From the NCBI RefSeq assembly GCF_004010195.1, contig NC_057751.1, positions 4,596,161 to 4,660,160 of the forward strand: DNA of 64,000 nt, in the 5' to 3' direction. Source of the stretch: Chiloscyllium plagiosum (lineage: Eukaryota). A program made the position numbers and the translations under genes. Of the stretch, positions 23,070 to 35,864 are shown piece after piece (the stretch's first letter is position 1; each line of letters opens with the position of its first letter). The notes below the pieces were generated by a model. The model had not been told where the DNA came from. It worked only from the letters and a program-made list of their open reading frames with translations, and made no database searches.

Positions 23070-26000
23070 TCCATGCTGGGCCTTGACTCCAGACCGTGTT
23101 AGGTCTTGACCCCAGACTGTGGTGGGCCTTGACTCCAAACTGTGCTGGGCCTTGACTCCAGACTGTGCTGGGCCTTGACTCCAGACCGTGCTGGGCCTTG
23201 ACCCCAGACCGTGTTAGGTCTTGACCCCAGACTGTGGTGGGCCTTGACTCCAAACTGTGCTGGGCCTTGACTCCAGACTGTGCTGGGCCTTGACTCCAGA
23301 CCGTGCTGGGCCTTGACTCCAGACTGTGCTGGGCGTTGACTCCAGACCATGTTCGGCCTTGACTCCAGACCATGTTGGGCCTTGACCCCAGACCGTGCTG
23401 GGCCTTGACTCCAGACTGTGCTGGGCGTTGACTCCAGACCATGTTCGGCCTTGATTCCATACCATGCTAGGCCTTGACTCCAGACCATACTGGGCCTTGA
23501 CTCCAGACCGTGCTGGGCCTTGACTCCAGACCATGTTGGGCCTTGACTCCAGACCATGCTGGGCCTTGACTCCAGATCATGTTGGGCCTTGACTCCAGAC
23601 CATGTTCGGCCTTGACTCCAGACCATGTTGGGCCTTGACTCCAGACCATGTTGGGCCTTGACTCCAGACCATGCTGGGCCTTGACTCCAGACCATGTTGG
23701 GCCTTGACTCCAGACTGTGCTGGGCGTTGACTCCAGACCATGTTCGGCCTTGACTCCATACCATGCTGGGCCTTGACTCCAGACCATACTGGGCCTTGAC
23801 TCCAGACCGTGCTGGGCCTTGACTCCAGACCATGTTGGGCCTTGACTCCAGACCATGTTGGGCCTTGACTCCAGACCATGCTGGGCCTTGACTCCAGACC
23901 ATGTTCGGCCTTGACTCCAGACCATGTTCGGCCTTGACTCCATACCATGCTGGGCCTTGACTCCAGACCATACTGGGCCTTGACTCCAGACCGTGCTGGG
24001 CCTTGACTCCAGACCATGTTGGGCCTTGACTCCAGACCATGTTGGGCCTTGACTCCAGGTGCTGGGCCTTGGCTCCAGACTGTGCTGGGCCTTGACTCCA
24101 GACTGTGCTGGGCCTTGACTCCAGACTGTGCTGGGCCTTGGCTCCAGACTGTGCTGGGCCTTGACTCCAGACTGTGCTGGGCCTTGGCTCCAGACTGTGC
24201 TGGGCCTTGACTCCAGACTGTGCTGGGCCTTGGCTCCAGACTGTGCTGGGCCTTGACTCCAGACTGTGCTGGGCCTTGGCTCCAGACTGTGCTGGGCCTT
24301 GACTCCAGACTGTGCTGGGCCTTGGCTCCAGACTGTGCTGGGCCTTGACTCCAGACTGTGCTGGGCCTTGGCTCCAGACTGTGCTGGGCCTTGACTCCAG
24401 ACTGTGCTGGGCCTTGGCTCCAGACTGTGCTGGGCCTTGACTCCAGACTGTGCTGGGCCTTGGCTCCAGACTGTGCTGGGCCTTGACTCCAGACTGTGCT
24501 GGGCCTTGGCTCCAGACTGTGCTGGGCCTTGACTCCAGACTGTGCTGGGCCTTGGCTCCAGACTGTGCTGGGCCTTGACTCCAGACTGTGCTGGGCCTTG
24601 GCTCCAGACTGTGCTGGGCCTTGACTCCAGACTGTGCTGGGCCTTGGCTCCAGACTGTGCTGGGCCTTGACTCCAGACTGTGCTGGGCCTTGGCTCCAGA
24701 CTGTGCTGGGCCTTGACTCCAGACTGTGCTGGGCCTTGACTCCAGACTGTGCTGGGCCTTGGCTCCAGACTGTGCTGGGCCTTGACTCCAGACTGTGCTG
24801 GGCCTTGGCTCCAGACTGTGCTGGGCCTTGACTCCAGACTGTGCTGGGCCTTGGCTCCAGACTGTGCTGGGCCTTGACTCCAGACTGTGCTGGGCCTTGG
24901 CTCCAGACTGTGCTGGGCCTTGACTCCAGACTGTGCTGGGCCTTGGCTCCAGACTGTGCTGGGCCTTGACTCCAGACTGTGCTGGGCCTTGGCTCCAGAC
25001 TGTGCTGGGCCTTGACTCCAGACTGTGCTGGGCCTTGGCTCCAGACTGTGCTGGGCCTTGACTCCAGACTGTGCTGGGCCTTGGCTCCAGACTGTGCTGG
25101 GCCTTGACTCCAGACTGTGCTGGGCCTTGGCTCCAGACTGTGCTGGGCCTTGACTCCAGACTGTGCTGGGCCTTGGCTCCAGACTGTGCTGGGCCTTGAC
25201 TCCAGACTGTGCTGGGCCTTGGCTCCAGACTGTGCTGGGCCTTGACTCCAGACTGTGCTGGGCCTTGGCTCCAGACTGTGCTGGGCCTTGACTCCAGACT
25301 GTGCTGGGCCTTGGCTCCAGACTGTGCTGGGCCTTGACTCCAGACTGTGCTGGGCCTTGACTCCAGACTGTGCTGGGCCTTGGCTCCAGACTGTGCTGGG
25401 CCTTGACTCCAGACTGTGCTGGGCCTTGGCTCCAGACTGTGCTGGGCCTTGACTCCAGACTGTGCTGGGCCTTGGCTCCAGACTGTGCTGGGCCTTGACT
25501 CCAGACTGTGCTGGGCCTTGGCTCCAGACTGTGCTGGGCCTTGACTCCAGACTGTGCTGGGCCTTGGCTCCAGACTGTGCTGGGCCTTGACTCCAGACTG
25601 TGCTGGGCCTTGGCTCCAGACTGTGCTGGGCCTTGACTCCAGACTGTGCTGGGCCTTGGCTCCAGACTGTGCTGGGCCTTGACTCCAGACTGTGCTGGGC
25701 CTTGGCTCCAGACTGTGCTGGGCCTTGACTCCAGACTGTGCTGGGCCTTGGCTCCAGACTGTGCTGGGCCTTGACTCCAGACTGTGCTGGGCCTTGGCTC
25801 CAGACTGTGCTGGGCCTTGACTCCAGACTGTGCTGGGCCTTGGCTCCAGACTGTGCTGGGCCTTGACTCCAGACTGTGCTGGGCCTTGGCTCCAGACTGT
25901 GCTGGGCCTTGACTCCAGACTGTGCTGGGCCTTGGCTCCAGACTGTGCTGGGCGTTCACCCCAGACTGTGCTGGGCCTTGACTCCAGACTGTGCTGGGCC

Positions 26001-27190
26001 TTGACTCCAGACCATGTTGGGCCTTGACTCCAGACCATGTTCGGCCTTGACTCCAGACCGTGCTGGGTCTTGACCCCAGACCGTGCTAGGCCTTGACTCC
26101 AGACTGTGCTGGGCCTTGACTCCAGACCATGTTGGGCCTTGACTCCAGACCATGTTGAGCCTTGACTCCAGACCATGTTTGGCCTTGACTCCAGACCATG
26201 TTTGGCCTTGACTCCAGACTGTGCTGGGCGTTCACCCCAGACTGTGCTGGGCCTTGACTCCAGACTGTGCTGGGCCTTGACTCCAGACCATGTTGGGCCT
26301 TGACTCCAGACCATGTTCGGCCTTGACTCCAGACCATGTTGGGCCTTGACTCCAGACCATGTTTGGCCTTGACTCCAGATCGTGCTGGGCCTTGATTCCA
26401 GACCATGCTGGGCCTTGACTCCAGACTGTGCTGAGCGTTCACCCCAGACCGTGCTGGGCCTTCACCCCAGACTGTGCTGGGCCTTGACTCCAGACTGTGC
26501 TGGGCCTTGGCTCCAGACTGTGCTGGGCCTTGACTCCAGACTGTGGTGGGCCTTGACTCCAGACTGCGCTGGGCCTTGACTCCAAACTGTGCTGGGCCTT
26601 GACTCCAGACTGTGCTGGGCCTTGACTCCAGACTGTGCTGGGCCTTGACTCCAGACCATGTTGGGCCTTGACTCCAGACCATGTTGGGCCTTGACTCCAG
26701 ACCATTTTTGGCCTTGACTCCAGACCGTGCTGGATTTTGACTCCAGACCATGTTTGGCCTTGACTCCAGACCGTGCTGGGCCTTTACTCTAGACCATGCT
26801 GGGCCTTGACCCCAGACCGTGCTGGGCCTTGACTCCAAACTGTGCTGGGCCTTGACTCCAGACTGTGCTGGGCCTTGACTCCAGACTGTGCTGGGCCTTG
26901 ACTCCAGACCATGTTGGGCCTTGACTCCAGACCATGTTGGGCCTTGACTCCAGACCATGTTGGGCCTTGACTCCAGACCATTTTTGGCCTTGACTCCAGA
27001 CCGTGCTGGATTTTGACTCCAGACCATGTTTGGCCTTGACTCCAGACCGTGCTGGGCCTTGACTCTAGTCCGTGCTGGGACTTGACTCCAGACCGTGCTG
27101 GGCCTTGACCCCAGACTGTGCTGAGTGTTCATCCCAGACGGTGCTGGATTTTGTCTCCAGACCGTGCTGGGTCTTGTCTCCAGACTGTGC
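23070..27190. repeat. 23 bp minisatellite (~4.1 kb)
   Basis: Unit gggccttgactccagactgtgct; homogeneous core ~24060-25950, diverged flanks. Confidence 0.98.
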
Positions 27191-27196
27191 AGTGTG

Positions 27197-27487
27197 AGGC
27201 TGAACAGGCTGGGGCTGTTTTTCCTGGAGCGTCGGAGGCTGAGAGGTGACCTTATAGAAGTTTATAAAATAATGGGGGGGCTTGGATAGGGTAAATAGAA
27301 AAGGTCTTTTTCCTGAGTGTAGGTGAGTCCAGTACTAGTGGGCATAGGTTTAGGGTGATAGAAAGAGTTCAGAGGGATAGGGGCCAGGTGCTGGCAGGTG
27401 GTACTAGATCGGATTGTGATATCTGGTCAGCATGGTCAGGTTGGACCGAAGGGTCTGCTTCCATGCTGTACATTTCTATGACTCTAT
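27197..27487 (+). mobile_element. CR1-type LINE 3' fragment
   Basis: aggctgaacaggctggggctgtttttcctggagcgtcggaggctgagaggtgacc...ctatgactcta tail. Confidence 0.85.
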
Positions 27488-28194
27488 AAACAGGATGAGG
27501 CAAAAGGTATCTTGTGTTCGACGTGATTCTGTCATTTTATCGTTTTGAAGTGAAGGTTCTGAATTAGTTTCTATTTATTTTTGTATTTGTTTTGCAAAAT
27601 ATATTACAAAGCATAAGTTCCAGCTATTTCTGTGGTCAGTATTAACTTCCGGTTCTATATTAGAGAGCTCGATCATAAATAAAATTTCCCAAATGTGTTG
27701 TAAGCCTGAATTTACATGAAAAGCATTCGTAAACCATTGTGCAGTGAAACATCAATCAAGGAGCTCTGCAAGACAAGGTACTGAATGACTGAATAGCCTC
27801 AGCAAATTGAAGGTAATCACAGAAACGAACATCAAAAGATATTTCAAACTTAAAAAGACTGATAGGAGTATGAAGTAATGCAAATCTTGTAGTTTGAAGA
27901 CAAATTGCAATTAACATTTGAGACCAAGTAACATCAGATTAATCCAGACTTAGGGGTATTCATTATAGACATAAATTTCAATGATATCACATCATCAAAA
28001 CAAACCTGTTGTCGTAAACTGTTTGTTGGAAATGATAAAAATAAACCAAATTGGAATCATCCTTTCCCAATGGAGACAGCATACAGTATAACATATTATC
28101 TCTGGATCTGTGTCTACTCCATTTCTGAAAGAATTCTCCAATTCAGACAGATTGTCAGCAGTAGGAAGGGAGAGGTTGTTTCACAAACAACAAA

Positions 28195-29380
28195 ATGTAT
28201 TTTCCAAGGGTAATGATTGAAAAAATATACCACACCATCTTTGCCATTGTTGGTATTCTTGTAACAGCTTATGCTATATAAATCTCTGCAGTTAATCATA
28301 CTTATTTCCACTGTAGGACTGGTAATTAATTTATTTCCATTTAGCGAGGCCGGATGATAGTGTCCTCACTTTCTCAATGTAAAGTAGATGCATTGTCAAT
28401 GTGAAGGCTCCTTGGTAATGTGCAGTATTGTGTGGTTCTCTGCACTGTGCCCAATGGGTTTGCACTGAGGCTGCATTGATAGAGCTTGGTTGAGCACTGG
28501 CCCTGGCTGGTCGAGAAAGTGTTTAGCAAGACTGCTCTCTCTCTCTCTCTGTGGTCGTTCAAAGCCTGCTATTGGTCAGATAGGTTTTGGAACAACCCAC
28601 CTCTGAGTGACAGCTTGTTTTGCCAATTCCTTGATGTGAAGGGATTGTGTTGGTGGATCTCGTAGCTTGCTCCAGTGGGAGCCCAGATACAATGTGGGCA
28701 ATGGGTGGGTTCAGTAGGTCATTATGGAGTAATCAATGAGGGTCAGCACAGATGGCTCCAACTATGCTGTATGTTTTCATCAGTCAATGTGTGTGTGGGG
28801 TCATGATATTTGTGAGGGGTGTTCAATGGGATGGGTCTTGAGCACAGGGTTCCAATTATGATGTTGAATCATTTGATTGTCAAAAAGATGTGTGAATTGT
28901 GCTATTTATTTAAAAAAAAAGATGCACAGGACTGTGGTACAGAGTTAAATAGCAGAAAGTGAGGACTGCAGATGCTGGAGATCAGAGTCAAGAGTGTGGT
29001 GTTGGCCCGGCAGCATCCGAGGAGCAGGAGAATCGACAGTCTGGGCAAAAACCCCCCATCAGGATGAAGGGCTTGTGCCTGAAACATCAACCCTCCCCCT
29101 CCCCGGACGCCGCCTGACTCACCGTGCCTCTCCAGCACCACACTCTCAACACACACAGTTAAATAGAACCAATGCCACTTGTCCACCAGAATGTTTCCAC
29201 CTCGCCATTTGTTGCTGATATTCTTTGGTGTTCCCCGAATGATAATGATCTCTGCGAACGTCCTCACATGGGCGTTTGTATAGGATTATCATTTCATTTT
29301 TGGCTATTAATTTAAATCTGTATTTTATTGTTATTTTTCTGATTGTTATTGCTATTTTATTGGCAGGGAAATTTGGACAT
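28195..29380 (+). pseudogene. Possible relic of a GPR139-like class A GPCR (TM1 region only)
   Basis: 28195-28260 MYFPRVMIEKIYHTIFAIVGIL and 29348-29380 IAILLAGKFGH resemble recalled shark GPR139-like N-termini; splice sites not intact, remainder not found. Confidence 0.3.
28953..29156. mobile_element. Penelope-like-derived palindromic insertion, older, 10 bp TSD
   Basis: Imperfect hairpin related to 4732-4953; agttaaatag at 28943-28952 and 29157-29166. Confidence 0.75.
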
Positions 29381-30277
29381 AAATTCTCCGGCTATATTTT
29401 TAGACCCATTCACAGTGGGGCCATGGTGTTACGCCACGGACTGCAGTACACCATCACCTTTGTGAACTCTCTGTTGTTGAACCTGGTCCAGAGGGCGCAG
29501 AACTATGGAGATTGGGCGGTACAACAGGATTTTTCGCTAATGAAAGACAAGTTGGTTTGGGGTGACTGATGTGTGATTTAGGAGATTTGATATTTTTCTT
29601 GCTGCTCCAAGGCTCAAATCATGATCAAGAACATCAGGCTATCGAGACTGAAAGTCAGCGCTGCTGTTGTGCCTTCCAACTGACCAGCATTGAGGGACTC
29701 AGTGAGTTGGATACAATGTCAGGGTCAGTATCCACCAGGTTCATAATCCACCAGCAGCGCACTGCTAAAAGAATATGAATTATCTGTTAATCCTGGTTTG
29801 CATGATGCACTTTGCCTCATGGTGTGGTTCTTCATTGCACCCATCGTGATCATGCTGGGCCTTGACACCCGACTGTGCACGCCCCTCAGTCCAGGCCATA
29901 TTGGACAGAAAGACTGACACAGGCAGCCAAGTGACCACCATGCTGGGACGGGAGACTGCCACCTTGGGTCCGTACTGAGGCTGGCAGTTCAGGTCATCAC
30001 TAAGAAGATAGAGATTTTAAAAAAGAGAGAAGAGAAGTAATGAATGGAGTGGACGAAGTCTGGCTGAGGAGTATTGGAAGACTCAGTGTGATCAAGCAGC
30101 ACCTATTCAGCAATAACCTGCTCAGTGACTGGCACCCAGTTTGGATTCTGCCAGGCATTGGATCAAACATGGACCAAAGAGCTGGGTGACAGTGGTAGGC
30201 CTTGACATCAAGGCTGCATTCAACTGAGTGTTGCACCAAGTAGCCCCACAAACTTGTCTGTGGAGTTTGCACATTCT

Positions 30278-30901
30278 TCTGTTGCCAGACTACTCAGACC
30301 CCTTGGCATCATGGTAGCCCACAAAACCCACCAACGGACTAAAACAGCAGCAAATGAACTTGAAAGACCCTATACAGACAATAAGCAAAACTAACGTCAT
30401 TTACAAAATACCGTGCAAGGACTATAACAAACATTGCATTGGACAAACAGGCAGAAAACTAGCCACCAGGATACATGAATACCAACTCGCCACAAAAAGA
30501 CAGGACCCTCTCTCACACGTATCCCCACATACGGATGAGGAAGGACACCACTTCGACTGGGACAACACATCCATCCTAGGACAAGCCAAACAATGACACG
30601 CACGGGAATTCCTCGAACTCTATCAAAAAACACATCGAGTTAGACCCCATCTACCACCCCGTGAGAAAAGGAACAGGGAGTGACTTTACCACAGGAAATA
30701 ACATCACCACAGGAAATGACATTACCAACCCAAAGAAACTCAAACATATAAATAGAAAGCAGGGATTTTCAGCATTGCTTCGCCTGAGGCCCACAAAGAC
30801 GTTACCTAATAGGGTAATGAAACGTCTGGAAATGAATCTTTCAGCTCAAAGAGCCAACCTACATCCCAGACCTCAACCTGAGCTCCAAATCTTCTCAAAA
30901 C
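30278..30901 (+). mobile_element. Penelope-like element 3' fragment (GIY-YIG endonuclease) inserted into a SINE
   Basis: ORF 30354-30596 NVIYKIPCKDYNKHCIGQTGRKLATRIHEY...HFDWDNTSILG; TSD ttgcacattct at 30267-30277 and 30902-30912; host SINE resumes to ~31030. Confidence 0.92.
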
Positions 30902-31119
30902 TTGCACATTCTCCCTGACTTTGCGAGGGTTTCCCCCGGGTGCTCCGGATTCCTCCCACAGTTCAAAGATGTGCAGGCCAGGTGGATTGGCTGTGTTAAA
31001 TTACTTACAGTGCCCAGAGTTGTGCAGTCTTTCCCTGCTGACCCATCACTGAGACAGCGAGCCACAAACAGGAGAGAATAAGACAGCCCCCATTTGAATA
31101 GTCCATCTTGCAGCCCCCT

Positions 31120-31420
31120 AACAGCCCACTGAGTGGCACTCTCACACCCATGAGTCCTACTCCATTGACCCAAGCAGTGAATCCAAGCTGACTGCTGCAG
31201 TGCAGTACCGAGGGAGTGCTACACCGTCAGAGATGCTGTTTCCCAATCAATGCTGATCTGAAAAGGAGAGGAGATGGAGGCATCCCTGGGCTTGCTGTCT
31301 GGGTCCCCACCTCATTTCTCAGGCTAAGTCAATAAGTCTCCGAAAAATGGGCTGGAGTCAGAGTTGTCGTTTGTGGGATCAGACTGTGTAAGATTTGCAA
31401 GTTCACAACAGCAAAGGAAG
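31120..31420 (+). mobile_element. Deu-domain (AmnSINE1/SacSINE1-like) SINE remnant; another at ~46330-46615
   Basis: cagtgcagtaccgagggagtgctacaccgtcagagatgc matches the recalled Deu-domain core. Confidence 0.6.
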
Positions 31421-31637
31421 GAATCTGACACAGCTAAGTCGGGGGCTGTAGAATGCTGAAAGCAGTGGAGAAGACAGCACCATCCTTTTAGCAAACAGCA
31501 CTGTGGAATGCATCTTTGTCCCCCTCATCCATAAATCCCTGTGATCTTTCTGCCTGCTCTTTGCCAGGACACATAGTCACTGGGACAGGGTATAGCCAGA
31601 TAGACCCTCGACTCAGAGGGTCTCAAACCCCACCCCT

Positions 31638-31866
31638 TGTAGGGATTGGAACGAGGTCAGCCAAGTTGGCCGCCTAGAGTTGGAATTGCCTGACAGGCCT
31701 GTTAATCTGGTTCAATCAGGGATCTCTGGCTGACTGATAAGAACAGGAGGGTCAGGGGTTCTGTTCACTTTGGGAGCTGAGGGAGCTCGATCAGTGTCTA
31801 GGACCCTCCACTTGTAAATAAAGGGTGACTTGGTGACAGAATACCAGTCTCTATTGAGTTACCTCA
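31638..31866 (+). mobile_element. Solo LTR (229 bp)
   Basis: TG...CA termini, AATAAA near 3' end, 4 bp TSD ccct at 31634-31637 and 31867-31870; related copies in window. Confidence 0.8.
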
Positions 31867-32099
31867 CCCTCGGTCCCCCCCACCACCACTTCCCCACTGC
31901 CTCCTGGAAAACAATGGAACAAAACAGTTCGAGGCTCCTCAGGCACTCACACAGCAGATCTGACCCTCCACACCCAGTCGGAGTGGGCCTTACCACTTAA
32001 AGGCCGTGTGGATTCTCTCTTCATCTCAAACATCACCCCCAGGTCTCCTCTTGGTTGTCTTCATGTGCCTGTGATTTCCTCTTGCTGCCTGGCTCCATA

Positions 32100-32345
32100 T
32101 CCACATGGGAACACCACCCCCTGCAAGTTCCCCTCTGAGTCCCTCACCAACCTGACTTGGAAATATATCGCTGTTCCTTCCTTGTCACTGGGTCAGAATC
32201 CTGGAATTCCCTCCCTCAGGGAATTGTGGTCCACCTACAGCACAGGGACTGCAGCGGCTAAGGAAGACAATTTCTCAGGGGCAACTAGGAACAGGCAATA
32301 AATGCTGGGCCCAGCCAGCAACATCCAAGTCGCAAGAGTGAATTT
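32100..32345 (+). mobile_element. LINE 3'UTR fragment
   Basis: Same family as 2030-2303. Confidence 0.75.
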
Positions 32346-32717
32346 AAAAAAACACATATCCACGAGTTTGGGTTCAAACTGGACTGATCACAGAGAAGGC
32401 TAGTTCAAGTATTGTCCTCACTCAGCTTTGGACTTTCATCAAACTCTCTTCCTTGATACTTAATACTCCAACACTTGGTGCCCAGAGCTGTACCAAGCTC
32501 TAAGCTCACGGTTACATTCTTCAGAACTCAATTGACTTTCCATTTCTAATCCAAAGTGCTCCGCCCATCCAGTACTATTTAAGCACAGTGGGCAGCAACT
32601 GCATAGCATCATTACAAAGTTGTCCCAGGGTCTGAAAGCTCTTTCACAACAGATTTCATTCCTTCACCCATGTTAGGTCTCACTTTACCATGAAGCTTTG
32701 ACTTCCTTCAAGATCCT

Positions 32718-33000
32718 ACATTTCAACTCCCCCTCCCAATCTGCCGAGGACATGGAGGTCCTGGGCGTCCTTCACCGCTGCTCCCTCACCACCAGACGCC
32801 TGGAGGAAGAACGCCTCATCTTCCGCCTCGGAACTCTTCAACCCCAGGGCATCAATGTCCCCCACCCTCCTCTCATTTATCTCTCCACCCTTCAGGCTCT
32901 CTGCCTGTATTCCTGATGAAGGGCTTTTGCCCGAAATGTCGATTTTCCCGCTCCTCGGATGCTGCCTGAACTGCTGTGCTTTTCCAGCACCATTCTAATC
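32718..33000 (+). mobile_element. Penelope-like element 3' end (GIY-YIG C-terminus plus pseudo-LTR)
   Basis: HFNSPSQSAEDMEVLG...RRLEEERLIFRLGTLQPQGIN followed by ctgatgaagggcttttgcccgaaatgtc. Confidence 0.88.
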
Positions 33001-35405
33001 TAAACTCCTGTGTTAAAAGCAATCCCTAGTTTCTCTGGGTTTCTCAATGTTTTGTTTGTGGGGATTTGCTGCCATCTAGTGAGCAGTCTCAAAAGCTCTG
33101 TATTCAAATAGAAGGGGGAAATACAGCGTGCAAACTCCGGGTTACAGGCACCACCATTCTCCCAGGGTCTGCACACGGAGAGATAGAGGGAAAGTGGTGC
33201 AGACAAACCTAAGGAGCGATGGAGTGAGTGAAAGGAAGAAACACAAGCAGGGTGGGAGCGGAAACAAAGGGAAAATGAGAGAGACAAGAAGAGGGAAAGG
33301 GAGAGAAAGAGAAGGCTGAGTGAGAGGAAAGAATAGGATGGTGAGGAACAGGAGAGGGAGGGTGAAAGGGGTCAAGGGGGAAGTCAGGGAGAGCAGAGGG
33401 AGGAGTTATTGTTGCCGAGGAGGCTATTTGGCCCATTGTGATTGTGGTGGCTCTTCAAACAAGCATCATGCCAAATGCCTAGCTTACCCCCCCCCCCCCC
33501 CACCCTACACATTATTATTGTCCAAATAACCATCCAATGCTACAACTGAACCTGCCTCCACCACACTTCCAGACAGTGTATTCCCAGACGTGACGACTTG
33601 CAGGGTGAACTAAGGCTTCCTCACCTCGCATTTGCTACTTTCGCAAATCACTTTCAATCTGTGACCTCCCGTTCTTGATCCTTGGCTCATTGTCCCACTC
33701 CACCTTTTTGTTTTAATCTGCAAAAGTGAGAGCACAGGTAGTTCAAAGTTACCGAATTAAACATCGTACCAAGATCAGGTTTGAAACAATAGGATTTATC
33801 GACCAAGTTACCCGACTGACACAATCATTGGTTGATTGTCAAAAAGAAGTATCAAAATGCAATAACCAGTTGACAGACACAGTCAGTCGTGTTTGTTTAT
33901 CCCTCCAAACATCCTCAAAACACACTCTCATCACAAAAAGAAAATACAACAACAGGCTTCGAGGCAAAGATTGGTTTTCTGGCAAAAAAATACTTTGGCT
34001 GCTGGGTTATTTTTGAAGGCAAGGTGGTAAAGTGTCGGATTATCCAGTGACTGTTTCTCTGATGTTCTGGTGTGTTCGCCCAGTCAGTAATCATGCACAG
34101 TTGCCTCTGAAACTTTGCAGACACAGCTTGCTCAGGAACTACAATTTCAACACAAAAGAAACTGCCAAGAAAAGCTCAGCAGATCTGGCATCATTGGTGG
34201 AAGGAAGTCTGTTAACATTTCCGGTTCAGTGACCCTTCCTGTTTTTCTGTTTTTGTTTCTGATTTCCAGCATCCACAGCTCAGTGGGTTTTAAACTTGAG
34301 ATGCTCTTTCAATCACTCTTACAAAACAGCAAAAGGGCTTCAGTTCAAATTCACCAAGAACACTTTCTTCCCATTTCATGAGACAGGGGCTGTGGATGAA
34401 AACCAGTGTGGAGATCACGTGATTTGATAGCAATGTTCCACTGAGACGTTTCCTATTGATGACGTACAGAGCACACAAGATGTGAAGTCTCTACCTTGTC
34501 TCAACATAATGCAAAGACAAACATCAATGTCCAGGTGAGGTCACTTAGACTAGTTGAGTGCAATAAATGTTGGCCTTTGGCACCTCTGTGAAACTTTCTT
34601 CGATTGGAAGGAGTTTGAATCAACATCAGATGAGGGCAGGGTGTAATTCATATGTGGACACTCTTATCTCGTTTACATATCGAGGCGATGTGAACCTGTT
34701 GGGAGAAAGGGAATGAAACAGGAAGAGAAAGAAGGAGGGAGAAACAAAGACAGTACACCACATTCCCAAAAGAGTTGAGTTGAACTGTTGTCCGCCATCT
34801 GATTCCTGCAGCAAGGAACAATCTCTGCAAGAGGGTTTAAGATCAAAATCAGAGGTGAGGACAGAACTGGCTGGTGCAGTACAAGTCATTGTGTGAAGGA
34901 GATTGAAGAGGTCAGTTTGTGAAAGGTTTCAGTTTCAGTCATGTTGGCAGCAAGAGGGATCCACAGACAGACAAGGAGTCAGTAAGAGAGGAGAAACACA
35001 CTCAGTGAAGGCTAGCAGCATACAAACAGCCGAACGGAAGTCACTTTGGCTAAAATACAGTGAAACAGTTGGAAACCAGCTGACAATAGCTGACACCTAG
35101 TCAGATAACTGTAATGGCCTGTATAAATCTTGGAGGTGTCTGAAACCTATACCAGAGTTTCACTTTCCTTTTCCCAGGAAAAAGACTGGCTCTCCCTGCT
35201 ACTGGAACCTGCTTTCCTGAGACCTCTGACCACTTTGCCAAGTTTTCTGAGAACTGATACGTTTCCCTTCTTTCACATTTGACTAGGGTACAACCTGTTT
35301 CACTGTCATTGGTTCATTTCACCTGAGCATGCGTCAGACTTGTCAAAATATTTCTAAACCAGAATAACCTTTAAATAGCCACCAGAGGGACAGACACAGA
35401 GTGAA

Positions 35406-35409
35406 CAGA

Positions 35410-35450
<41 letters not shown>

Positions 35451-35475
35451 CAGAAAAGAGAGGGCAAGAGAGAGA
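35406..35475. repeat. (GA)n microsatellite
   Basis: Directly visible. Confidence 0.95.
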
Positions 35476-35864
35476 AAAAAAGGAAAGAAAAAGACAGAGT
35501 TTAAGAAAGAGGAAGAAATGAGGGTAAATTAAGCTGTGTATTTTCCTCCAACCTAGAACAGTATAGTGCTGGAACAGGCCCTTTGGCCCACCACATCTGT
35601 GCTGACCATGATGCTATTCCAAACTAATGCCACCTGCGTGCACATGGTTCACATCCCTCTATTCCCTGTCCACCTGTCTGCCGAAACGCCTCTTCGACAT
35701 TGTCCTTCTAACATCTCATCTGGTAGTGTGTTCCTGGCACTGAACACACTCTCTGTTACAACTGACATCCTACAATCCTTTCCTCACAAACATTAAACCC
35801 CACGGACATTTCCACCCTGTGTGAAAGATTGAGTACCCACCCTACTGCAAATCGTGAGGATGGC

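Noticed and set aside
23099..27132. Very long ORFs (1071, 830, 348 aa) on the minus strand
   Set aside because: Translations of a 23 bp tandem repeat lacking stops on one strand; all frames give the same periodic peptide.
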